The notes beneath the pieces are model-generated. The model did no database searches and was not told where the DNA came from. It saw only the letters and a program-made list of their open reading frames with translations. DNA of 64,000 bases from Balanoglossus misakiensis (Eukaryota > Animalia > Hemichordata): positions 5,893,129 through 5,957,128 of the forward strand of contig CM082576.2 of the NCBI GenBank assembly GCA_040954595.2. Reading direction: 5' to 3'. A program made the translations under genes and the position numbers. Shown in pieces: positions 15,001 to 26,072 of this stretch (its first letter is position 1; each line of letters begins with the position of its first letter).

Positions 15001-16760
15001 GAAATATCAAAATTTCTTCATTTTTTTTGAAAAATGCATGGGTTATAGCTCATGAAAATAATCCAGAAATGACAATTTTTCGACTTTGCGAAATATCAAA
15101 ATTTCTTCATTTTTTTGAAAAAAGCATGGGTTATAGCTCATGAAAATCATCCAGAAATGACAATTTTTCGACTTTGCGAAATATCAAAATTTCTTCATTT
15201 TTTAGAAAAAAGCATGGGTTATAGCTCATGAAAATCATCCAGAAATGACAATTTTTCGACTTTGCGAAATATCAAAATTTCTTCATTTTTTTGATAAAAG
15301 CATGGGTTATAGCTCATGAAAATCATCCAGAAATGACAATTTTTCGACTTTGCGAAATATCAAAATTTCTTCATTTTTTTGAAAAAAGCATGGGTTATAG
15401 CTCATGAAAATCATCCAGAAATGACAATTTTTCGACTTTGCGAAATATCAAAATTTCTTCATTTTTTTGAAAAAAGCATGGGTTATAGCTCATGAAAATC
15501 ATCCAGAAATGACAATTTTTCGACTTTGCGAATTTTCAAAATTTCTTCATTTATTGAAAAAAATCATGGGTTATAGCTCATGAAAATCATCCAGAAATGA
15601 CAATTTTTCGACTTTGCGAAATATCAAAATTTCTTCATTTTTTTGAAAAAAGCATGGGTTATAGCTCATGAAAATCATCCAGAAATGACAATTTTTCGAC
15701 TTTGCGAAATATCAAAATTTCTTCATTTTTTTGAAAAAAGCATGGGTTATAGCTCATGAAAATCATCCAGAAATGACAATTTTTCGACTTTGCGAAATAT
15801 CAAAATTTCTTTATTTTTTTGAAAAAAGCATTGGTTATGGCTCATGAAAATCATCCAGAAATGACAATTTTTCGACTTTGCGAATTTTCAAAATTTCTTC
15901 ATTTATTGAAAAAATCATGGGTTATAGCTCATGAAAATCATCCAAAAATGAAAATTTTCCGACTTTGCGAATTTTCAAAATTTCTTCATTTTTTTGAAAA
16001 AAGCATGGGTTATAGCTCATGAAAATCATCCAGAAATGACAATTTTTCGACTTTGCGAAATATCAAAATTTCTTCATTTTTTTGAAAAAAGCATGGGTTA
16101 TAGCTCATGAAAATCATCCAGAAATGACAATTTTTCGACTTTGCGAAATATCAAAATTTTTTCATTTTTTTGAAAAAAGCATGGGTTATAGCTCATGAAA
16201 ATCATCCAGAAATGACAATTTTTCGACTTTGCGAAATATCAAAATTTCTTTATTTTTTTTGAAAAAAGCATGGGTTATAGCTCATGAAAATCATCCAGAA
16301 ATGACAATTTTTCGACTTTGCGAATTTTCAAAATTTCTTCATTTATTGAAAAAAATCATGGGTTATATGTAGCTCATGAAAATCATCCAGAAATGACAAT
16401 TTTTCGACTTTGCGAGTTTTCAAAATTTCTTTATTTATTGAAAAAAATCACGGGTTACAGCTCATGAAAATCATCCAAAAATGACAATTTTTCGACTTTG
16501 CGAATTTTCAAAATTTCTTCATTTATTGAAAAAATCATGGGTTATAGCTCATGAAAATCATCCAAAAATGAAAATTTTCCGACTTTGCCAATTTTCAAAA
16601 TTTCTTCATTTTAAAAAAAAATCATGGGTTATAGCTGATGAAAATCATCCAAAAATGACAATTTTTCGACTTTGCGAAATATCAAAATTTCTTCAATTTT
16701 TTGAAAAGAGCATGGGTTATAGCTCATGAAAATCATCCAGAAATGACAATTTTTCGACTT
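1..16760. repeat. Tandem satellite DNA array, 88-bp monomer, about 190 copies
   Basis: Monomer CATGAAAATCATCCAGAAATGACAATTTTTCGACTTTGCGAAATATCAAAATTTCTTCATTTTTTTGAAAAAAGCATGGGTTATAGCT repeats head-to-tail with an 88-bp period (e.g. copies start at 1171 and 1259). There are no spacers. The array ends abruptly at ...TTTTCGACTT|GGGAG near 16760. Confidence 0.99.
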
Positions 16761-17712
16761 GGGAGTTACTAGTAAGGGATTGCATTTGCAAACTCATACC
16801 TCTTTGTGTGATCATGTATAAGGGCTGAATTTGAAATCCCGGCCTGAAGTATTGTCATGTTAAATTAAGGGATTACATTCGCAAACCCCTTACTGTTGAT
16901 GTGTTCAGTCAAATCCCTAAGCTATAACTGACACTTGTTTCAGGTGCGGGTGTCCCATTTATCATGAAGCCAATTGTCGATAGGATTACGACGATGATGA
17001 GTTGATCAAAGATTTTAATCAAAATAATCGATTTGGACAATGTATGGATCTGTTACAAAGGTCGAGTAAAATAACCACTTGCATTAGCGCCGGCAGAATT
17101 AAGCTTCAATAATGGACGTGGTTGATTTCAAGGTAGAAACAGTTACAGTTTTTCTTTCCATGAAAACGTGTCCTTGCCTTAAAAATCAGAAATTTGTAAA
17201 TATGAAAAAAAAAAAACAATAAATATATGTGCAGAGGACATCTACATCACATCTACTGGCATGCATCGCTTAATGTGTAAATACATTGTATGAGGTAAAC
17301 GAAACTTCTCTAACACTGACTCCAAACAACCAAAAACAAAGAAACCAACCGCAGATTCATCGGTTCATCATATTTACATGGACATTATTGCGTGAAAAGA
17401 TATTACTATGATATTTATCGTATGGATTAAAATTTCCTGCTGTGTGCCCAATGTTTTGCCGCAGTGTTGCTACGAAGCTCTTAATTCATAAAATATATCA
17501 TCGTTTCCTTGTTTCACTTTGCCTACGATATAATACTGATTCACAAGTATAATTATTTAATACCGGCAAGACTGTGTCGCTAACAGAGTATCATATTAAG
17601 TGGCACAGATAGTCTGTAAACTCGACTTAGTTGAATTTGTTAAATCTAAGTGCACGATAAATTCGAGTTTTACTTATCCCTTCAGTTGAATAAAGCTTTG
17701 TGAATATAGTGT

Positions 17713-17718
17713 TTTATT
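17713..17718 (-). promoter_or_regulatory. Candidate polyadenylation signal of the globin gene
   Basis: AATAAA on the minus strand about 735 nt downstream of the stop codon. Position alone; not unique evidence. Confidence 0.3.
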
Positions 17719-18449
17719 CGCATATGATATAATGTGGAAAAATATATGAGTATGAAAAGCTGAAAATGCCTCGATTTGAATATAACATGGTACGGCTATG
17801 TTTTAATTGAAGTTAATCTGTCTGTTCATATAAAAGAAGTCTTCAAGTTGACCCATAGCAAAACCTCCAAGCTAAATCCACATCCCACAAACAGGAATGT
17901 TTCAATAGCCCAGATAAGTAAAGTGCAGCGATAGCGATGAATTTTACCAATTCTTCGGCCGTTCTCAAATCGACATGTCAAAGAAGCTGCTGTCATACAT
18001 TGGTTGACTGATGTGAACGTCTTTCAAGAATTGGTTATGTAATGTCAATGCTGATGACTGTATGGTATTTTCATCCGAGCCATCTGGCGTGTTTAAACAA
18101 GCGTGCAAAATACCAGTGCTCATTTACATGATGACGGTGCACCTACATTCGTTTTCGTAAATTGACAGTAGATATAAATAACGTTTAGAACGTAGATGTG
18201 ATAGCCAGTGCAGTTTCACAGTGATGTCACCTTGACCGAAGTAATGCACAGAATACAGCCACTTCGCGTTCACTTAAAATGAGCTGTTGCTATGTGCTCG
18301 TGTACGTATTTGCACACTTGACGTAGCGAAAGAAGTCCCCACTTCTTCAGTATTAATCACAAGATCTCAAGTTACCCGAATTATCCTCTTTTGCACCCAA
18401 ATTGAAATGTACTCATGAGTGTACACGTAGTTCCTGATATGGATATCAT

Positions 18450-18737
18450 TCATCTGCCTCTTCCATTACTTATGATGTTAACCTCCTGCTGGCCTTCATA
18501 ATTGTTAGCCCCGCCCGTGCCATCGTTCTCTTGCTTTTCCTGACCTTCCGCGTTCTCCAGATCGCTATGGCTACCATCGTCGCCAAGATCGCTTTCTGCG
18601 CCGTCGCATTCATCGACACCGCTGACCAGTGTGTCGACGATGAATTTGAAGGTCGTTTTGTAGATGTCTTCGATGTTCTTGGTGTACCTGTCCTCAAGGG
18701 TTTCCTTCACGGCTGCCAGGAACGGCTGTTCGATCCT
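18450..18737 (-). CDS. GbXL: Globin X-like, coding exon 3 (helices G-H plus acidic tail, stop)
   Basis: Acceptor TTTACTCCGTAG|AGG. Encodes RIEQPFLAAVKETLEDRYTKNIEDIYKTTFKFIVDTLVSG, which matches the remembered GbXL signature (KIE.PFL.AVK.TL.DRYT.N.E.IYK.T..FI..TL). TGA at 18452-18450. Spliced CDS is 188+229+288=705 nt, 234 aa. Confidence 0.93.
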   Translation of the reverse strand, partial: RIEQPFLAAVKETLEDRYTKNIEDIYKTTFKFIVDTLVSGVDECDGAESDLGDDGSHSDLENAEGQEKQENDGTGGANNYEGQQEVNIISNGRGR

Positions 18738-20696
18738 CTACGGAGTAAAGAACATAATGTGTATAGTGTTAGTCACGTACACCCTTTTTTACGGACAGGC
18801 ATTCTATTCGCTTTAAATTTAACAATAGATAATAATTATGATATCATTGATTTCATTATTACAATAATGAAGACAATTTGCGTAGGTGTAGAGTTCCTCT
18901 ATAATACTCGGTTACTTGGTCAAATTCAACAGTAATTCAAACGTATAGACCTAGGTATGCGAACATTGAAAAACACAGATCATGGTCAGAATGAGAATCA
19001 GAATCCAAGGTCTGACGTCACGCAGAGCTGCGATTTGCATCTCATGCCCTTGCATTTTCCGCTTAATTTGTCTGCACGAATATCCACCAGTTTATTATTC
19101 AATAAAAAGGCCAACCACACGGCCTGGCATTCCCTGTGCGTTCGAGCGATTCTTCGTAATGTGTTCGGGTTAACCCGCACTATAGACGAAAGAAATTGAA
19201 CGGCATTTTGGGGGAATTTTTAAAGGTATACAATCAACCTGTCTTTGTGGGGACACGGACCGTGGCAGATAACTGCACAATTCTGATGACTTCCTGCCCA
19301 GATGTCACATTTGCTTTACGTCCGTGAATCATTGCATCTGACAGTAAATTTGAACCTTTCCGGATTACATGTCAGTTAATGAATAATTCATGTTCCTCGA
19401 AATTGGCTATTTTACTTTGCCAATATAAACTGCCGAATTATTGTGGTGTCTAATTGAGAGCAGGTTGACGCCAGAAATAAATTGTTGGGAAGGTCTTTCA
19501 TTATCAGAATAATTACAGGAAAATTAAGTCAATATACTCCGCGTCGTGGTTTCCAAGGGAACTGAATTTCTGCCTTGGTGGCTGATAGGTGCCATATTAT
19601 CCAACTATAGGCTCTATTAAATCACTGTCTTCACATGCTAGGAAGCCCTGTCCTATTTAAATGTTTGATTTTTAGAGGTATTTACTGATTCTATGTGATA
19701 GTTTTTCAATGTTCATTTTGAGTTGTGAGCAACGCATTCACCAGTTACACATTTATAACCCTTTAAGTACGACTAAATACCTGCCTGAATGACCAGATAA
19801 ATGGACAAATAGGCCACACATTTAACGACCTGTTTTGACGTCAGCATTCTCATTAAATTTGCTCTAATTTTTCTCCTATTATCACAGCTAGTATAGTTCG
19901 AGTAGGAAAGGGCTTCGCGTCATTGTACATCAATACAAAAACGGATAGCTTGTAGGATTCTAAAGGGGAGACGCGGGAAAATGACTTGCCATAAAAGACA
20001 GTTCAGTTAAAGCGAACATCTATAAAGGTTCAAGGTTATTACTCGAATTCTATTAGCTGCGAACCTGGAGTTGATTTCTAACAGCTCTTTTGAGTGGCTG
20101 GTATTGAGATTGCTTGTAAAAAAAGTGATGAACTGGAAGGCGTCATGCCGTTTCACTGCCGTACACAATGTCAGGGGGTGTCAAACTATTACCGCAGTGG
20201 AAACGTCAACATGCATGGTAATAAATTTGACATTGTCAAAGTGGGACCCCGCAAACAACAATACGAGGAAACATGAAGGATTTAATAAAGATCTTTTTTA
20301 AAACAAGCTTTGCTCGAGTAAATCGCCCTCCGCACCAGTCACAACTTTCCCCGATTAAAAAAAATAACTTTCGTCAGCCTTTAATGTACAGTCCGCTGAA
20401 CGTACGTGACGCCGAGTTAAAAACAGTTATGATCGCGTGTGTATGTCTGTGAAACTCTTGATTTACGACTGTCTTGAGAAGGCTTAAAGATTTCTCCGAC
20501 AAGGAAAACGTTTGACTGCAGTTAACCAAAAGCATATACATCACAGATACAACGCAACAGAGCACAGATGGGAATGTCATTTATGGGCACCAGACAACCT
20601 AAAGCAGTAAAGGAAAAATGAAAATCACTGTAAATAAGTAAAAAATTGAAAATGACCATAAGCTTTCAAGCGTCTCACATTTTTTGCAGACTATTT

Positions 20697-21222
20697 TCAA
20701 ATATAGTTGTTTTCTTTCCTTTCCGCTAACATAATATTTTCTCGCAAAGTACTGTACACTCATACCAACGCCAGCTCAACGCTCATCTTGCCACGTACGC
20801 GTTTCCATTGTTTATTTAATTACTCACGAGTAAATCTTTATGTATTAATGTAATGATAACAATAATTCAGCAGCTAGTAAAGTTTATATTTAAGACCCTT
20901 TTCAATCAACTGTTAAGGAGACTCTTGGAGGTTGTAAACGTTTTAATCTCAAACCAGCAAGACCATCCTTTCAGTAAATACGACATTCTTAAATAGAATT
21001 TCTTTATAGCAGTGTGACAGCCTAACTTTTATTACCCGTAGATCTCATGGGAATATGGTGAAACAGGTGATCGCATTTGCACAGTGAAGCTGTAGGGGTC
21101 GTCTGTGACCTAGTAGACTGCTCTGAGTCTAACCTGCGGCTGTAATTTTTATGTGTCGTCGTCTATAACAGGGTACAAAATCAAATACATGTATAGCTGT
21201 TTTCTTTCCTTTCTGCCAACAT
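20697..21222. repeat. Pair of diverged 36-42 bp direct repeats (20697-20732 and 21181-21222)
   Basis: TCAAATATAGTTGTTTTCTTTCCTTTCCGCTAACAT versus TCAAATACATGTATAGCTGTTTTCTTTCCTTTCTGCCAACAT. Confidence 0.75.
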
Positions 21223-22997
21223 CCTAGTTGTTTAACGGGATCAGATCATCCGAACGAAATAGCAAGTTGGAGCAACTGCCTCCGGGGAGACGGAGAAATG
21301 GTGTTTTCCTCTTCAGACGAATTCAAGGGCCATGTAAGTGGTTTCAACCTTTAATGAATTGGATAATGGCATAATACGGTATGAAAGGGACCGGAAATCA
21401 AATTGCAAAACTCCACGTTTCAGTGTAAGTGCAATGGACGTGAACAAATGGGCCACGCTATAAGGAATGGTGCTATTCTCGGTATTAGGAAGCCCGAGCC
21501 TAAAAGGCATTAGCGCGACTTTTGTGTAAACATTACCACTTTATTACTCAATGACTGACCTACTTTTCCTGGCACATTTCTATGTTCAGTCAAGGGATAC
21601 ATTCAGGGAAAGTCAATGGCAGCATGTGAATTTTGTCAACGTACGAAGCACGGGATGTCTTGCACTAGTACGAGGAGAGACGCTGACTATAACGTCATCT
21701 ATCAGCGTCTTCTTCAAGTTATAAATTGCCTCTTTCCTACACTGCACGTTATCATGCCTCGCAAAATCCATTTTACATTTATTGATGCGACGACAGATGG
21801 CTACATAATCGGGGTCTTGAAGTAAAAATAGAGGGAAAGAAAACGCAGAAATGATTTATATCCTGACATGCACGAACTGATATTTGCGACTGCGGTGCAT
21901 AATATCACATTGTCATATATTATACATCATTAGATGCCAGCGATACATATTAGCAAATCGTATTTCATTAATCTTCTCGTTTTTATCCCTGTTTCAGCAA
22001 GCGAATTAGTTCATATCGTACAAATACACGGTAATATCTCATGGCAACTCAAACCAAAAACCGCGCTCGCTCAGCGATGCATTTCTGAAAATTATTTTAA
22101 TGGTGTATCGATCGCACATTAATGAGATCGCTCATGTAAGCTATATCATTATGACGTCAAGGATAGTGTTTCGCGTGGACTTAAAGAAAATGGTTCAGAG
22201 AGAGATCAAAATGAAAATGAATGTTAGGTAGTTAGGCAAACGAAAAAAGGACACATTGGACTCGTCTACATCAAGGAATCAGTGCATAGCAACGTCGGTC
22301 TGCGGATGAGCTAGAGAATTTTAGCACATCACCCAGTCGGTATCAATGGAGTGTGTGTAACCGCGGGATTAAGAAATGTTAAGGTTCCTTAGATGTAAAC
22401 AATTAATGACACATGTTGGAGGATCAATTATCAACGGTTTGATAAATTGTACACACAGATAAGGTTCGCGTGGCACGCTTTGTACAACAAAAGCCTATAA
22501 TCCACAGAAAATCCACCTCCTGACCCAATCCATCAATATTCAGCGCCCTTTTTATCCTTCTCCAATGCCAATGAATTTTCATGTCGTTCGCGAGATTTGT
22601 AAGATATAACACTTCTGCTGATCTTGTTCTTGAACCCTAATTCTGGTCGATTACTTGTTCGGTCGTGCGTGATAGCCTGACAAATATAGCGTATCTTTCT
22701 GTCCTTGTGGAATGAAAACGAATAATATGGTCTCGTAACGTCTAATTGCATAAGCATATTTAAATGAACAGAACATCAGAAACATCATGTCAAAATGAAC
22801 GACCTTGTACTGTAAAAATATGCGTTATTTTAATTTTTAAAGTAATACTGCTTCCTTTTCTAAAGTATTTGAACCATGACCTCTGTAATATCATCATACA
22901 TCTTCTGATATTTCCACCGCTGCTTAAAAGATATGTGTATGGGTTTTCTTTATACACATAGACGTGTCTGAGCAATATCCCACACTAGAGAATATGG

Positions 22998-23014
22998 CAG
23001 ACAGACAGACAGAC
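22998..23014. repeat. (CAGA)n microsatellite
   Basis: About 4 copies of CAGA in globin intron 2. Confidence 0.7.
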
Positions 23015-23168
23015 ATTGGTGTGACATATGTTATTTGTACGGAGTCTTAAATGATAAGGATTGGCGTAAAGCATGAAAAGGGAAATGAACTTCACAAATT
23101 CACAGTATATGTGTGTTCTAATGTTGGGCCATTCTTTGGATGTCGCCCTCAAAGTGCAAGAAACTCAC

Positions 23169-23397
23169 CCAGAACAATGCCGGATTAAAGTTCATTCTTT
23201 TATGCGTTCTCCCAATCTTCTTCAGGAGCTCCACGACGAAATCGACATCTTCGAGCGATGCAATGGCTTCATCGATTGTGTACATAACGAGCGAGGCATG
23301 GTTTTCAAGTTGCTGACTTTCCCGCATGTCTTCCAGATCATCAAATTCGTCCAAGTTCTTGAACATTCTCCGCAACTCGGTGTTTTTCGAAAACAGC
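23169..23397 (-). CDS. GbXL: Globin X-like, coding exon 2
   Basis: Acceptor TATCCGCAG|G and donor TGG|GTGAGT (phase 0, G7.0). Encodes LFSKNTELRRMFKNL...LENHASLVMYTIDEAIASLEDVDFVVELLKKIGRTHKRMNFNPALFW with CD1 Phe, distal E7 His (ENHA) and proximal F8 His (GRTH). 229 nt, in frame with exons 1 and 3. Confidence 0.95.
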
Positions 23398-26041
23398 CTG
23401 CGGATAGATAAAATGTTCTCTATTTAATTGGGGTGTCGGTGGGGTGTTAATGACGTTTGAAATGTACAGAACGACATGGGAAACTTGTTTATGACAGTGT
23501 CGTGATAAACTTAACCGGTTAAAAGCCTTAATTTCACACCGAGGGCAGTTAATCCAATGACAAGTTTGTTCTGGAGGATTGTTAGCAGAAGCGACCACAC
23601 TGAACTTTTGGAGACAAACTATGAAAGAACCATCATTCGCAACTCATAGTACATCTTTGAAAATGACATTACCATGTATGTAATTTGCGCATACTTGTAT
23701 ATACTTTAATGATATGTAAGATCCCAATGTACTGTGTTCGTTAGGGAGGCTTATAGCGCCAACTACAGTTCACGCACCACTCGTTCTTTTCCATTGACAT
23801 TGTAGATATAGACAGCGCCCTCGTTTATTACCAAAAGAAGATGTGTGTGTGTGTGTAAACATCGTCTGCCAGAACAAATTCATAGGCTATGCCAAGGATA
23901 TATAAGTATGGCACATTGTGAGGAACATGAGACTATAGGTGGAACGCTGATAAAAAAGGCTCAAAGGGTACACGCTAATGGACCTTTAAAGAAAACCGTA
24001 ATAATATTGACTAAGCCATAGTCATAGAAAGTGTCCTTGCCCATATGTGCTGGAGCTATTAACGCAATATTCTTAAAAGCTATGTGGTATAGACAACTTG
24101 TTCACGTTGGTTGGAATAATTACATAAGGTACATGAACGATAGCATGAAGCGTACATTTTTTTTATTTCGGTGTTCTTGTGAAGCTAAACGCATGCAGTC
24201 CATTAATAGTGTTTCACATCAAAATACCTGAGGCAGACCAATTCGTATTATCAATAATTGTACCTCCAATAATCTTCAGTTATTCCGGGTGATGCGTTCT
24301 GCATTACCTAATGTAGGTCGTGTATTTTTAGCTTTCGTGGTGCGTGTCTCTTCTTTCAAACCGTGTATACCCTGTCACGCTATTTCGCCTCGTCGTCAGT
24401 CCGTTTACGTTTCTCTGCTAGAGTGTCTGTACTTTACTCTCATTGCTCAGACACTTGCAACGTGATGAGCACATGTTAGGAGAATTTAATTAACAGAGAC
24501 CCCCCTTCACACAAAACCTGCGTTTGGATTCTGTCTGACAGAATCTTCGGTAGTGTTTGATCCTAAGATTGTGTCATTACAGATAATGTTCGCTTCAGCG
24601 GTGAGCGACGCAGCGAGCACGAGTGACTAAAATGCCGTTTCTTGAATTCCCAATGAAGCAAAATCCATTTATTCGAAGGGTCAAAAAGCAAACATTGTCA
24701 TGGGATAAATATGAAAAAAAACACGTTTGGTAAGCATTGATAATTTAAATCTTGTAAACGTGAAAAACCGCGGGCTGTTTTACACACAGCCATCCCTCAC
24801 CAGTCGCCGAGGTTAGTTGACTTCTCGAAACTTGGTCTTTAGCGAGCTGCATGTCGCTGAGCGTATAGCTTTTGCCGTATTTCGATCAATCTACTTTATT
24901 TTTTTAATTACATTCACTGCAGGTACTTCATCAATTTACAGAGTTTCATCAACATTCTTCTAAAAGAGCTCCCGGGCTATTTTAAGGTCTGCTGTGCAAA
25001 TGGAGTACTGAATAAGATTCATTAATTTAAGTATAGTTAATTAATCATGGCGAGGGATTTTCTCTGTTCCAATGTGTGATCAGGTTTTCTTTCGAAACAG
25101 CGTTAGCAAATATTGAAGAAAGGGGAATGTGTTTGTAACATCAGATGACGTTTAATGTACGCCATATAACGCATGGAAGCATAACCAACTACATCCCGGT
25201 GTTCACAATTAAAGTGTGAGACATACTGAGGTATACTGATATATGGGGGCGTGAGTTTGGTGATGAAATCTCTATAAATAAAGTGAAATCTTCAGTCTTC
25301 GCGGTAGTTTCAGGCCTTTACCGCCACCAAACTCGAAATGTAAGTAATGAATCATGATAAGATTTTACGATGGACCTTTCCCCCTTCTGATGAAATCACA
25401 GTCTGTATTTTGTGTTATAATGACGGCAATGCCGAGTGAATACAGAAAGGTTTGACCGCACGAGGTCGAAATGTTAACACAGATAGCCGCGAGCAAAGAA
25501 ACGCCATTACCCAAATCACTACAGTGTAAGCACGCACACTTTCTTGTCGACGTTTCTCGCGTGGGGGGAAGACATTCAATTTAAGACAATCCCATTATGG
25601 CACCATCGACCGACGAAAGTCACGAAAACAAGTATTTGCTTTCAGAAAACGTGCAGTGTGCTGCGTATCCGGTTGAAAGCTGCGATATGGCAACCTATAG
25701 TTGCCAGTAATTCTGAAATTCGACTAAAGTTGTGTGACACGACGCCCTGCGGACAGACGTCTGTCTCCAAGAAACTTCACCCAATTATTCCTTCACGCGC
25801 TTGTTAATCCGAGACACCTATTCTGTATCAGCTCCAGAAATGGCGTGAATTTTCAATCTGGGTTTTAGAGTTGGTGATCCGACCCAATATCAAATATATA
25901 GCTTTTTTATATTAACACTTGTCATGGACATCTGGTGACAAAATCTCTATATCCGTATCACGGTAAACGAGGCTGCATCACATTAACTTGTCACAGGTGC
26001 GCGCTTTAAACTCACACGCTCAACATTCGACTAGGGTAAAC

Positions 26042-26072
26042 CATGGAGGTAGTGGCGTGACGTACCTCCACG
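26042..26072. mobile_element. 31-bp mini inverted-repeat element with 7-bp target duplication
   Basis: GGTAAAC|CATGGAGGTA-GTGGCGTGACG-TACCTCCACG|GGTAAAC. TIR match 9/10, flanked by an exact 7-bp direct repeat. Confidence 0.7.

Noticed and set aside
1-16760. CRISPR array or repeat-protein gene
   Set aside because: There are no unique spacers and no cas genes. The 88-bp period is not a multiple of 3, and ORFs such as MKKAWVIAHENHPEMTIF arise only where indels bypass stops.
18531-18935. 134-aa plus-strand ORF (and 23073-23411)
   Set aside because: These are antisense shadows of globin exons with no independent protein features.
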